A stretch of 63,744 nt of DNA, filler included, from Reticulomyxa filosa (taxonomy: Eukaryota > Protista > Foraminifera), in the NCBI GenBank assembly GCA_000512085.1. It is 18 parts of 18 records of this genome, joined end to end, with 100 filler letters (N's around TTAATTAATTAA, not from the genome) between each part and the next. Parts side by side here need not be neighbours in the genome. Positions count along the whole stretch, not along the records: positions 1 to 17,856 come from ASPP01022715.1; positions 17,957 to 19,202 come from ASPP01029061.1; positions 19,303 to 21,051 come from ASPP01006769.1; positions 21,152 to 22,634 come from ASPP01020387.1; positions 22,735 to 23,970 come from ASPP01043425.1; positions 24,071 to 25,829 come from ASPP01011959.1; positions 25,930 to 27,369 come from ASPP01014054.1; 11 more parts are not named here. The stretch is one strand, 5' to 3'. Of the stretch, positions 13,969 to 25,970 are shown piece after piece. The notes under the pieces were generated by a model. The model saw only the letters and a list, made by a program, of their open reading frames with translations, was not told the origin of the DNA and searched no databases. Position 1 is the stretch's first letter. Each line of letters begins with the position of its first letter. The position numbers and the translations under genes are program-made.

Positions 13969-14894
13969 ATGTCTGGTGTCTTGCGTCGATTGTTGGTGGC
14001 ATGTGATCAATCAAGTATGTACGTGCAGAAAAGAGACAAAGCGTACTTGTAGATCGTTGGTGTAAACAAATAGGATTGAGAGTAATGAAGGAAGAGAAGA
14101 AAATAATGAACAGGAACATGACAGCAATGAACACGATAATGGTGAGACAGAACAGAAATATAACTTTTGGAAGAAAAGATGAGAGAAAAGTGAATTTGAT
14201 GACAATAGGACGAAGATATAAGGGCGCAACGAAAAAAAAGTAAATGTATTATATGTTTAAAAATAAATAGATGTACTACATAAATGTAACATATATTAGA
14301 CATGAGGAAGCTCGCAAAGAAGCGTCTCCCCAACGGGGATATACAATGGACTCTGAAGAGGTAAAAAAGAAAATGGAAAAACATATAATGAAATTAAAAT
14401 CCCAATTGGTAACTATAACAATTCCTGCAGTCCAAAACGCAGTCATAGAGAAAGTACCAGTTCCGCTTAATGACGCAAAAAGACATGTCCTATTAAACAC
14501 GGTCGCAACAGTATCAATGAAAAATAAAGAATTAATCGTAGTAACTCCAACCAAACAAGCAATGGGCCCAAACATTGTCATCGGTTTAAAAATTTACAAT
14601 GCAGATTTTTCTCCTCGCATTGATAGAGAGTCTGGTAATGTGTTTGTTAACATCCCCAAACCCTCCAAAGAAACTCTTCAACTGTTACGTGAAAAAGTCA
14701 AATCCAAAGTCGACTACGCTTTGTCTGATATCAAAAACGAACACAAAAAAGCTCTTACCCATTTAAGTGACATTCAAGATTTTATCAGCAAAAATGACGC
14801 TTTTCAATTCAAACAACATTTAAACGAACTTGTCAAAGAACAGTGTAAGCTGGCCAATGAAATGTCTGAAACTAAATTGAAAGAGTTTTCTTAA
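13969..14894 (+). CDS. MRRF: Ribosome recycling factor, probably mitochondrial (three exons)
   Basis: The main exon has RRF architecture: KKKMEKHIMKLKSQL...LNTVATVS...VFVNIPKPSKETLQLL...ISKNDAFQFKQHLNEL...KLKEFS. Two upstream exons give a basic presequence (MSGVLRRLL...GRRYKGATKK). Confidence 0.8.
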
Positions 14895-15299
14895 ACTTTT
14901 CGTTTGTTTGTTTTATTTATTTCCCACAACATCCCAATTTTCTTTTGTTTTCGAGAAATTTAACAATCTTAATTTTGTTTTACAAAACTGACCTATTCTA
15001 ATTTTCCGTGTGGCGCTAAAATGACTCAATCACAAGCTGAACAAATTATCGGAAATTTCCGGCACAAAAGTTTTTCTTGCAAAGTACACATTGTCATCAA
15101 CGAATGACCATAAGTAAATAAGTTTTTGAAAGATTGTTTTTGTAAAAGGAATGCGAAATATCTTGGATTATTTGTAGTAATATATTCGAAGTATCAAGAT
15201 TTAAGCTTATTTGGAATAGTGTTAATTAAAAAGAAATTTACATAAATCTAAAAAAACTTGTTGAAAAAATTTATTTCAAATAATCTTAAGTTGTAATTA

Positions 15300-15520
15300 T
15301 GAACTTTACAAGTTATTTAACAACTTTTGCTCTTGCATCATGTTCCTTGATAATATGGACATTTTATTAAGAAATATTCAACAATTTCTTCATTACCAGG
15401 AATACAAAATGTCCTTTGATTAAAGAACTTGGAGGAAGTAGTATTTCTTATATTTATTGTAACAATCTTTGGCACTATGCGATCGGGAAATTATTTTTGT
15501 TGTGAATTGCTCTGATATTG
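15300..15520 (-). mobile_element. Possible decayed C-terminus of a non-LTR retrotransposon ORF2
   Basis: Minus-strand fragments KIISRSHSAKDCYNKYKKYYF and FCIPGNEEIVEYFLIKCPYYQ resemble the R-x-G-H...LN-Y...CxxC..ETVxHFLxxCPxY end of I/Tad-type ORF2. Frameshifted and weak. Confidence 0.3.
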
Positions 15521-16168
15521 CTCTTAATCAGGCAGTATATATGTAATATCAATTTCAGACTAGTCAAGAAATTTCGCAAAAGTAAAGAAAGCGAAAAAAA
15601 CGACATAATTGGAATCCTGTTTGATGTAATAATTGTTTGTCATTCAACTACATTATTTCATGTTTGGTAATCTATTCAACAACGAGTTCTTATTTCTGTC
15701 CAATTCTTGATTGATAAAAATTTTACAATGTTTCAAAATACGTGAAAAATTTTTTTACAAGGGGATCCAATGTTACGGTCCAAATAAACTTCAGATATCC
15801 ATAGGTACTAGAGCCAATAGCTAGTTCAAATACAAATTCCATTCAAAAACAACTTTTTTAATCAAGTTGAAAATGATTATGATAATATTTTTTTAGTAAC
15901 TCGTAAAATTGATGTAAATCTCTTCGACATTACAATCCAGATCTTCCAGACTCACTTATGAACATAAAGTTACTGTAAATTATGATCGATGTCTTTATAC
16001 TTTAATCTGAATCCTTATTGCAATTCAATTTACAGTGCCACCATGCATACTGGCATTTGATAGTTCACTAGGCAGGAGTTCTGCAAATCACAAAAAACTG
16101 GTATTTGCATCTAGATTGACAATTTCTCAAAGGCATCTTACACTCATTATAACGACTGTCATCTTATG

Positions 16169-16330
16169 TTTTTTTTAAGCTTTTGCACAGGGAGGGCGTG
16201 AAGTGTCAGACTACTAATTGCTTCACCTTTCAATCATCACTAATTTTGGCACTTGCCAAGTTCCAGTACCTGGACCAAAATAGGTAATTGTAAAAATATT
16301 AAGAGAAAAACAAAATAATTACAACTTGTC
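16169..16330 (-). repeat. Poly(A)-tailed interspersed repeat, copy A (retroelement 3' end or SINE-like)
   Basis: T8-aagcttttgcacagggagggcgtgaagtgtcagactact...acctggaccaaaataggt...ttgtc aligns with copy B at 17183-17370. Confidence 0.75.
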
Positions 16331-16488
16331 AAACAAAACGGAAAGACAAATTAAAAATTTGACTAAAAAAAAATTGTCACTCAAAATTTGTATTTTAGAT
16401 TGTGAAAAAGCGTTTCAAACAAATGAAACATTTAAATTTTCATTCCAGCTGCAACAACGAACTTTGAGAGTTTCTCAGGTTCGATGTC

Positions 16489-17182
16489 TTGAAGCTGAAA
16501 TGCGGCAGCAATACTTTGATTGCTGCACACCATACATTTTTAAGTCCTTATGATACAGACGATGTGAGTGAGTGTATTCTCGATTTTATTGTATCCAGTG
16601 GACTACATATTTTAAATGCAATGCCATTTGACAGCACATTCATGAAGGATAATGCGACATCAAGCATTGATATTACATTATGTTCATCATATATTCTTCC
16701 ATTTGTTGACGATTGGAGAACAGATGATATTGAATTGGATGTACACTCAGATAATCTCACAGTCACGTTCAATATCAAAACGACATGGTCTTCACCACTA
16801 ATTGAACGACAAAAGATTGAGACTTGGAATCTGAGAAGCAACAAATGGGAACAATTTGGATTGAGATTGAAAAGAAACATTGATAATTGGATGCAATCTA
16901 TTGTATTGAGTAACACTGATACATTGGACAAAGCAGTTGAATCTTGGGCCAAATGTGTTGTTGAAGCTGGTGAAGCGACAATATGGAAAGGCAACAAGCC
17001 ATTGTGGAGTGATAGTTTAAATCGATTACAAAAGAGAGTTCAGAGATCAAAGGATCGATTTCATAAACAAAGAACACCAACGAATTTGATGCTATATAAG
17101 AAAGCTGCCAAGCAATTGCGAAAATATCGTAATTAGAAAAACATCAACATATAGTAAACAGTATTAATTCTCTGCATGAAGG
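16489..17182 (+). mobile_element. Non-LTR retrotransposon ORF2 fragment (AP-endonuclease C-terminal half plus linker), inactivated
   Basis: AHH...ILDFIVSSGLHILN...STF...SSIDITLCS...W...HSDN..V.F, followed by the typical WN..W..F and PLWSDSL..L linker. GDFN is missing before AHH, SDH is changed to SDN, there is an in-frame TAG at 17134-17136, and the frame is cut before the RT domain by repeat copy B. Confidence 0.8.
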
Positions 17183-17370
17183 TTTTTTTTAAAGCTTTTA
17201 CACTGGGAGGGTTGTGAAGGTTTTAGACTACTCCTTTTCGTCATTTACAATTCACTGATTTTGCGCACTTACTCTGAACCTCAAACGTGCAAACAAAAGC
17301 AAGCTAAAGCACCTGGACCAAAATAGGTCATGGCACAAATAAAAGAAAACGAAAATTAATTATAATTGTC
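17183..17370 (-). repeat. Poly(A)-tailed interspersed repeat, copy B
   Basis: T8-aaagcttttacactgggagggttgtgaaggttttagactact...acctggaccaaaataggt...ttgtc. It carries an internal insertion relative to copy A. Confidence 0.75.
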
Positions 17371-17428
17371 ACAAAAAGTATAAAGTTGTTTAAAATTTTT
17401 TTAAAAAAAAATATCTACTTTCATCATC

Positions 17429-17569
17429 ATTGACTAACTAAAAGTCAATAGGGGTAAATGCCGGCGCGAAAGGGAGTGGCAGAAATGCCAAAATACTTCC
17501 CTTCATCGTGGATAGGCATCTCATTAACATGAGCTGATGCTGAACCCCACGCCAAAAGTACGCGAAAGC
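17429..17569 (+). other. GC-rich multi-hairpin segment, candidate structured RNA
   Basis: Hairpins ATTGACT/AGTCAAT, AAGGGAG-TGGCA-GAAA-TGCCA...CTTCCCTT, CGTGG..GCAT-CTCAT-TAAC-ATGAG..ATGC..CCACG and GC-GAAA-GC in otherwise AT-rich DNA. No family identified. Confidence 0.35.
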
Positions 17570-17856
17570 AACAAGAAAAATACTTCAACAAATTTTATGT
17601 TTGTTTTATTTTATTTTGATTGAAATAGTTTGTGAGTGGTGGTGACTGATGTTGTTGATTTTGACATTAAAAAAAAAAAAAAATTCTAGACCCCATCATC
17701 ATTATCATTTTAACTTGCTAAAAAGTTGTTTTTGGAAGGGAATTGGAGTTTGCAGCTATTGACTTCATTATCTTTGGATATTTGAAGTTCATTTTGAAAA
17801 TTAGTGATTGAGAATTTTGGTACCAGTTGGTGCAGAAAATTCTTAAAGAAATTTTG

Positions 17857-17956
17857 NNNNNNNNNNNNNNNNNNNNNNNNNNNNNNNNNNNNNNNNNNNN
17901 TTAATTAATTAANNNNNNNNNNNNNNNNNNNNNNNNNNNNNNNNNNNNNNNNNNNN
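17857..17956. other. Artificial contig-joining spacer (first of 17)
   Basis: N44-TTAATTAATTAA-N44, which puts stops in all six frames. Identical spacers start at 19203, 21052, 22635, 23971, 25830, 27370, 28620, 29921, 32651, 37501, 49028, 54224, 55613, 57263, 59695 and 61867. Confidence 0.99.
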
Positions 17957-19202
17957 TTCAACGAATTCAGATTCATTATTCACCCATCTTATGATTTCAG
18001 AGACATTCTCAAATGGTACTTTTTCTTTTGATTGTAATTTCTGAAATTCTTTTTTGATTTGTTGGTATTTCTTCAAGTCCTTGTTCAATTCTTCAATTTG
18101 CTTCGCTCCTTCTTGAAGTTGCTCAAACTTTGCCTATTCTTTTTGCTTCTTCGCTCTTCACTTCCTCAAAAAAATCAATGGCTTTTTGTGGAATACTGAT
18201 CCCCCTGATTTGTCTTTGTAGCCAATCTTTGGTACTCAAAAGAGACATCCCTCCTCTCAATAACGTTATTTTTTCTTGCACTTTCTGAATGTCACTATCA
18301 AAATCTTTTCTTTTTTTCTTCAATGGAGCCAATTCTAGAATCTAAATCTTGTGCAATCGTTAACTCTTTTTATTGCAAAAATGCATTGGCATGAGTAAAA
18401 CTTTCTGCATATACTTTTCAATTTCACCAAGTGTTCCTTGATTTCTTTTAATTTCATCAAATGTTCCTTGATTTCTTTCAATTTCATCAACTTTTCCTTG
18501 ATTTCTTTTTGAAAATTGACATCTTTTTTGCCTAATGAGTATTTATTTTCGATTGTTGACATGTCCAATTTGAACAATATCTTTTTTTATTAAAAGTGAA
18601 AATTTTCGGAATAATTTCCTCCAAACTACACAATTTGTCAAGGTGATTGACTACTTTTTGGCCTTGTTTCAAATGATCCAAATCCAATTCCAAATGCTGG
18701 CATGGGTTGTTGTAATTCACATAAATGCACAATCAATTTCTCTTTGATGGTATCTATTAATTCAGTACTTTCGTCTCCATGTTTTTCAACAATCCATTTT
18801 GATCGAATCACATAACTCACACATTCAAAAAAGTCGATTGTAATCAAATGATGGATCTTGTTTAATTAACAAATGAAGCATTATATCCACATCTTTTTGA
18901 ATATCACACACACATAAATCCAGATGTTCTTACGATAATTTGGGAATAAGATTTTTCTGTTCTTTGTTTATCCATCACGCCAACAAATCCTTTGATTTCA
19001 TCAAATGCAAAGGTATCTCTGTTTTTCGAAAAGAGATATTTCATTTAAAAATAAATGAAATAATTCATTTGTTGAAATGTTCACAAGGTGATTCAAATAC
19101 ATTCATTGATGTTTCCAATATTATTACATTTTTTTCCAAAAATTTAATATCATTAATAATCAATTTTTCAATCCAAGAAGAAGAATTGTCATCTTTCACC
19201 TT
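17957..19202 (-). pseudogene. Fragmented coiled-coil-rich coding remnant of unknown family
   Basis: Consecutive short minus-strand ORFs (18638-18847, 18532-18732, 18335-18577, 18123-18332) with K/E-rich composition, broken by stops and frameshifts, with no obvious introns. Confidence 0.4.
18417..18508. repeat. 30-bp tandem repeat, three copies
   Basis: Encodes KEIKEKLMKL-KEIKEHLMKL-KEIKEHLVKL on the minus strand. Confidence 0.85.
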
Positions 19203-19323
19203 NNNNNNNNNNNNNNNNNNNNNNNNNNNNNNNNNNNNNNNNNNNNTTAATTAATTAANNNNNNNNNNNNNNNNNNNNNNNNNNNNNNNNNNNNNNNNNN
19301 NNTATATATATATATATATTGTC

Positions 19324-19942
19324 ATGCGTTTTGCTTGCACTATTCAAATGAAACAAATAATAGCATCGTTTTTGGCTTTGTTTGGCCTTGTGAACCGATC
19401 GAACGCGTATGAGTCCCCGTTTAGTCGACCTTCTCGTGTGGACAACAGAGCCCGAAAGATTGCGTTACTGCGTGAATGTCCAAAGTGTGAGCGACGATTA
19501 CTGAATGGAACCTGTATGGGCTATCGTGGATATTGTTGCATTTGCCGCAAATTCATCCCGAGAGGGGATTTTCATTACTGCAATAACACCACATGCGAAC
19601 GATTTAATCGCTCGTACTGCGCCTATTGTGCGGAACACTTGCGTGTGTTTTCAGCGAAACAGCAGCAACAGAGAGAGCCCGGCGCCCCCTCGACCACTTC
19701 TGTGATCCTATGGAGTCTTCCCACCGATGACTACATTGGATACGTAGTTCGACTAACCGGACCAAACGTATTGGCCATTCTTGGAATGGTCATGGAAGTC
19801 GCTGTCATGCTGGCTTTGCTCTTGTCTATCTTCTTTGTCCAACATCGTTTCAATTTGTCATCCACCGTGCATGCTCCCACAGACCAAGTCTTTCATTGGC
19901 TTACAAAACTCAGCAGAGTTGAGAATAAGCAATCGAGCTACA

Positions 19943-19978
<36 letters not shown>

Positions 19979-20996
19979 GTGTGTATATTGCATTGTTTGG
20001 TTTCTTCTTACATGTTTTCATGTTAGTACTTCCTCCTAGCCAATATGGGCAGCGAAGAAAAAGGCTATGATGCCATATCGACGCTTTTCGTCATTCTGGC
20101 ATTCTTTTGGCTGATTGTGGTTAGTTTGCCTTTGGTGTGTGAAGAATTGTTCGGTTGGATTTCCAAAAAAGGTACTTTTGTGCGGTCCAGTATGTGGATT
20201 AAATTTTCGTGGTTTTACACTCGCGTCTTTTACTTGTATTTTATCGTGCAATGGATTCAAATGTATGCAAAGAAAATTCTTTACTTTTTCCTTTCAATAT
20301 GTGTACATAATGTATGTATACATACATACGTATACATATACATATATATATATATGTATGTATATGTATATATGTAGGTTCCAATGTGTATACGTATGGA
20401 ATGAAAGCGAGAACAATTACACAGGATACGTATTGAGATACGGCAAAGGGTCGAATGAGTGTTTGAAAAGCAGTTGGCACGGGACGTGGTCGTATTATTT
20501 TATGGCCTATTTTTGGCTGACCTCGTGCATCATCATGGTGTATCACGATGCCGATTCCAGGTGTTTGCGTGCGGATCAATTGGACATCCGCTATCCATTG
20601 GCGTTTTACGTGCTTTTGCAAATTTTGCAATCGCTGTTTGTGGTTGTGGCGATGCTTTATGTGATCGTCGACCCAGAAAAGGCATTGCTATGGTGTTTGA
20701 TTCTGTCTATTGCCATGTGTTTATGGCATATCATATATCCTCTCTTTGCACGCAAGATGACTGCCATGTCGGCACCAAATCCAAACTACGTATATCAATG
20801 CACATCAATCCCCCACATTGTCGTCGCTCGTGTGGCATTGTACACGGTGCTTGTATATGTGGCAGCTGTGTTGTTTGAATATTCAAAGAATCCTCATCTT
20901 TTGAAAACGCAGCAGTTGAGTTACTTTTGTATACGTAGCAATGAATGTTTGGAAAAAAAAAAAAAAAAAAAAAGGAAGAAGAAGAACATCATTTGA
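19324..20996 (+). CDS. Partial multi-exon polytopic membrane protein with a Cys-rich (zinc-finger-like) insert
   Basis: CPKC...CCIC...HYC....C.......CAYC followed by many hydrophobic segments across ORFs 19324-20070, 20045-20377 and 20115-20996. TA-microsatellite introns separate them. Both ends run to contig edges. Confidence 0.55.
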
Positions 20997-21151
20997 TGAT
21001 AATAATAATGGATAATTGACAACACTTGGAAAAAAAAAAAAAAAAAAATAGNNNNNNNNNNNNNNNNNNNNNNNNNNNNNNNNNNNNNNNNNNNNTTAAT
21101 TAATTAANNNNNNNNNNNNNNNNNNNNNNNNNNNNNNNNNNNNNNNNNNNN

Positions 21152-21465
21152 GGTACAATTGAAAGGAGGACAACAATTGAAAGAGGCACAAGCGAAGAAG
21201 ATAGTAAAACAACTTTTGCAGCAGCTTGTGGTGATGCATGAACGCAATATCACACATCGCGATATCAAACCCGAAAACGTGGTGTTCACCGATACCACGT
21301 GCACGCATGCGAAGTTTATCGACTTTGCCGACGCAGCGGGTGTGGAGAACGACGCGATTTATCGCGAACTCATTGGCACTCCATGCTACTTAGCTCCAGA
21401 GCGATGGAATATTCATCGAGGGTGGGAGTTGAAAGCATCGGATGTGTGGGCCATTGGAGTTTTGT

Positions 21466-21496
<31 letters not shown>

Positions 21497-22072
21497 AAAA
21501 AAAAATAGATTATATACAGATTCAATATATGTATATGTATACGTATACGTATGCTGCTTACACTTGGTGGGTTACTTTAAATATAAGTAGTAATAAAAGA
21601 TTGACAATGTCCCCCCTTTTTTTTTTTTTTTTGAAAACACAGGTGTTAATTATTTTTTTTTGTTTGTTTGTTTTGTTGATGTTTTTAATACCCCTTTTGC
21701 TCCACTTCTCTATTATATATATAGGTCCTCACCTTTGAAATGGTCACGGGCAAGCGCTGCTTCAATGGCGACTCGATAGAACAAATACGTAACATTGTGA
21801 TAAGTGGCGCGTGGCAATATCCAATGCATCAAAAGCCGAGCGCCTTGTGCGCGCATTTCGTGGAGAGCTTGCTTACACTCGACGCCAGCCGAAGACCTTC
21901 AGCCAGACTAGCATTGTTCCACCCTTGGCTGTGTGAAGAGTCCAATGACTGTTCGACGATCGAAAATGCTTTGTTCGTTGAAAAGCTTATTCGAAAGTGG
22001 AATCGTCTCACCATCGACGAAATTCCGAACTGGGCTTGTTATGGTCATATTCCCCATGTTTCTAAAAAATAA
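21152..22072 (+). CDS. CAMK-group Ser/Thr protein kinase, C-lobe fragment (5' truncated)
   Basis: HRDIKPEN, DFA at the DFG position, GTPCYLAPE, DVWAIGV, then an intron, then EMVTGKRCF...RRPSARLALFHPWL. Confidence 0.88.
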
Positions 22073-23051
22073 ATGAACGAGAGCGCCTCTTAGCTCTCTC
22101 TCTCTCTCTTTGTCTTGTTCGTGGAAGTTTCAGGGAAACATACAGTATTATTATGCGTTGCTTGAACCACATTGGAAGAAGGGGGAAAAAAAGAGAAACA
22201 TGGCCAATACGGAATTGGAGAAAAAGGGGAAGGAGGGAGAAAAAAAAAAAAGGCTAAGAGAGGGGAGGGGGGAATGGAAAATTAATAAAGATAATATCTT
22301 ACTTTTATTATTGGGTCATTTGTCGTTTGTTATTTTTTTTGGGATAATTTTCTTGGGATGTACATATACTCTTGCTGCTCTTACTTTGATACAAAGTTGA
22401 TGATTTTTTTTATTGTTTGTTTTTTTTTATTTGTTTTGTGCACAATTGGTCTTTTCGCCAATTTTTTTTTCTGTCACTTATTTTATTGTTTTTTAAGCGC
22501 AAAAACTTGTTGTTGGGAAAAGGAGGAGGAACGTCAAAAAAGGTTCCGAGTAAAATCTGTCTTTCCTTGAGTTGCGTTTCGCATCAAAAGGAAAGCAAAG
22601 GAACGAAAAGACCTTTTTTTTTCTTTTTTTTTTTNNNNNNNNNNNNNNNNNNNNNNNNNNNNNNNNNNNNNNNNNNNNTTAATTAATTAANNNNNNNNNN
22701 NNNNNNNNNNNNNNNNNNNNNNNNNNNNNNNNNNTTAAAAATTTTTTCAAAATTTACTCTGATTTTGTTTGTAATTGAAAGAGAACAATACGAAATTATT
22801 TTTCCAACATTGAAAACAACAATTGAAACGAATTTAAAAACACCACAACTTGATGCTAGTAAAATTTTTGTGGTATACGTGGGATGTGACCAGCGCTTTG
22901 ATTGAGTAATAATTAAAAAAAAACAAAAGATAATATCGTAACAGAGACAATCAAATGCAAAAAAAAATTTCAATTCTTTTGTATTTTTTTATTTGAAGTA
23001 AATCTCCTCTCATATCGCTAACTTGCAAGAAATACATAAGATATGCAATTC

Positions 23052-23915
23052 TTAAGTGCGGACACGTTTATTTGGGGGCTTGCCCGCTGTGATTGGTAAC
23101 AACAAATGCAAATTTTTTAGTTGTGTTGTAATAAATAAAATAAAGTGAAATAAAGACAAATACAGATGGAACATACATTCAAATTCGTAAGCATCTAAAT
23201 GTTCCATCACCGCGTCTCTTTTCATTTCCCATTTTTGCGCAACTAAAATAAGCGCATCCAAAGGTGTTTTCCCATCTTCTAAATAAGAGTAATACTGGTG
23301 CGCAATGAATACAGAAAGATCGTCTGCTTCGTGGGTCTTTGTTGTTATTTGCAAACATCGTTTGCGTTTTGTGGTTGCGTCGAGTTTACGAATACTTCGA
23401 CGACGCACAGGGACTGTTCCTTCAGACTACGTATATGCACGTATACATAAACGTTCACTTCAAATATGCATATTTTTTTTGTAACGTGCTAAACACCGAG
23501 TCAGAACTGTTTTGTCTTTTTCCCCTGCCTTTGTTGGTTCGAAGAACTCAAGTTGCTCCGAGAAGTGAACCCTCTTCGAATGCGAAGGGGTCGAAGGCGA
23601 AGGGGTCGATTGCGAAGGACCCGTTGTATCCATCGTCTTTGCAGTTTCATTTCGCGGCACTCTTCGTTGTCTTGACAGTATCACGTCCTGCGGCGCTGTC
23701 GTCTCTTCTTTTGTATCTGAGACGTTCTTTGTATCTTGTCCTCCATTTGACATGGTCGCATTCACTACCGATCGTCTCCTTCGTCGTGTTGGTACTTTGC
23801 ATTCGTAAAAAAACGCATGAATTGCGTCGTCGACACATTGTGCAAAGAGTGCCAAGTCGAAATCTTCAACGTCTTTTTCGACAGTTGATTTCAGATCCGG
23901 ATTGAATGGGATCAT
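23052..23915 (-). CDS. Partial multi-exon hypothetical protein
   Basis: Two long co-oriented ORFs (23460-23915, 23052-23408) with exon-like composition separated by a short AT-rich gap. No family recognised. Confidence 0.45.
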
Positions 23916-24070
23916 ATTCGCACGAATGCATGAACTGCTTTGCCTGCGTATGTGTATGTATATGTGTGTGNNNNNNNNNNNNNNNNNNNNNNNNNNNNNN
24001 NNNNNNNNNNNNNNTTAATTAATTAANNNNNNNNNNNNNNNNNNNNNNNNNNNNNNNNNNNNNNNNNNNN

Positions 24071-25751
24071 TTTCCAGATGGGAATATTCAAACGTTGCCA
24101 GCAGGTTGTAATGCTTCAATAGAGCTGAGCGCCAAACAAATATGCAGTTTGCTTGCGATGCGTTTTTTGGAATGGACACAAGTGAGCGAGATCGCAGCTG
24201 GCCAAGGTTTGAAATGTCCGCGCTGTTTGAGTCCTGTGAGAAATGGGCGTTTCACAAACTCAAGTGTATTCTTCACTACTTTTGTCAAATGGCCCAAGAC
24301 GACATTCGCAGGAACAAGTGGCTGACCTCGCCGTCGTCACTGACCCAAGTGCGCGCAAGTTCGAATGCAAGCAAAATACCGAGTTATATGTCGTCGAGAA
24401 GCGTATTGATTTTGCGGCACAAGCTGCCTTCGCAAGTGACCTCATATCTGTTGCATCACAACACTCTCCCACAAAACCAAGGCCGATTGTGCAATGTGAA
24501 TTTCTTTGCGGAAGGCTCTATTGAGGACAGTCATGGTGATGTGCAAATCGATTTTGCAAACAAATTGATTGGTGGTGGAGTCTTTGGTCAAGGTTGTGTG
24601 CAAGAAGTTTTGTTATATTATATATATGTACATATATATGTATGTGTATACGTATATGTTATATGTACATATATATTTATATTTTTATATATGTGTATAT
24701 ACATGTTTATGCATTTGTGAAAGCAAAAAAAAATACATATATATGCATATATATATATATATAATTGAATCATATAAAGGAAATTCGGTTTGTAATAAAT
24801 CCAGAATGTTTAGTGAGCCTATTGGTATGTGAGGAAATGCATGCCAATGAAGCGATTGCCATTGTCGGTACAAAGCAATATTCAAAGTATCGTGGCTACG
24901 GCAAAACCTTTGAATTTGTGTCGCATCGCAATGACGTGACGCCACAAGTCATTGTTGACAAACATGCGAACACTACTGTTCGAACTTGCAGCTGCATTGT
25001 CGCCATCGATGCGGAGAAATATAATCCCCAAGACACTCAGAATCAATTTACTGTCGGCAAATTGCGACGGGAATTAATCAAGTGCTATACCGGCTTTAGT
25101 GTACCTGAAGACGTTTGCCACTTTTGGCCCGATTTTGATGAAAAGGGCAATTTCAATGCCAACGGCAATAATAATAATGGGTCTAAGGTAGCAATAGCCA
25201 CTGGTAACTGGGGGTGTGGTGTATTTGGTGGCAATGTGGAACTTAAATTTGTTATTCAATGGCTTGCCGCATCGTTATGTGGATGTGATGACATTGAAAA
25301 AATTGCTGACGGTGGAAATATTGGGAAACGCAAAAGAAAAATACGTGAATTAAAATATTATGCGTTCCGAAATAGCGATTGCAAATATATCGAATCGTTT
25401 GTTCACATTTGCTTAAAAAATGAAATGACTATTTGCCAATTGTGGACTTATGTTGTCAATTACTGCGAATTGCTTCAGCGACATGTGCCTGAAGAAAGCA
25501 TGTTGCAAAGCGATAGCGACATTAATGAAAAAAGTTTGTTTCGATCCATTGTCAAAAACTATACTGACGGCTTGGATGAGTTGATACCACATCCTCTTTT
25601 GGTCAAAGAGATAACGACAATTAATGGTGGAAATTTATCCAATGATCTACAAACAGACACAGAAAATCCGAGTGATATACCAAAAAAGGTGTCAACTCAT
25701 GTTGAGACATTGGCAAGAAGAAAACAGCATATAATGTCGCAAGAATTTTAA
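24071..25751 (+). CDS. PARG: Poly(ADP-ribose) glycohydrolase, canonical eukaryotic type (5' truncated)
   Basis: KLKCILHYF, IDFANKLIGGGVFGQGCVQE/EIRFVINPECL (intron 24607-24779) and ATGNWGCGVFGG..ELKFVIQWLAAS. An apparent 1-nt frameshift near 24153 (QICSLL/CDAFF). Confidence 0.95.
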
Positions 25752-25929
25752 AATCTTGCTTTCTTTTTCCTCAAATTCGGCTTTTCGTTATTTCTGAATA
25801 TAACTTCTTTATACTATTTTTTTAAAAAANNNNNNNNNNNNNNNNNNNNNNNNNNNNNNNNNNNNNNNNNNNNTTAATTAATTAANNNNNNNNNNNNNNN
25901 NNNNNNNNNNNNNNNNNNNNNNNNNNNNN

Positions 25930-25941
<12 letters not shown>

Positions 25942-25970
<29 letters not shown>

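Noticed and set aside
16169-17370. LTR retrotransposon with two LTRs
   Set aside because: The repeats lack TG..CA ends and carry poly(A/T) tails, and the enclosed sequence is a non-LTR AP-endonuclease.
17515-17569. Hammerhead ribozyme (CTGATG...GAAA)
   Set aside because: The core reads CTGATGC rather than CTGANGA, and no stem III with a UH cleavage site can be formed. Kept only as an unclassified structured segment.
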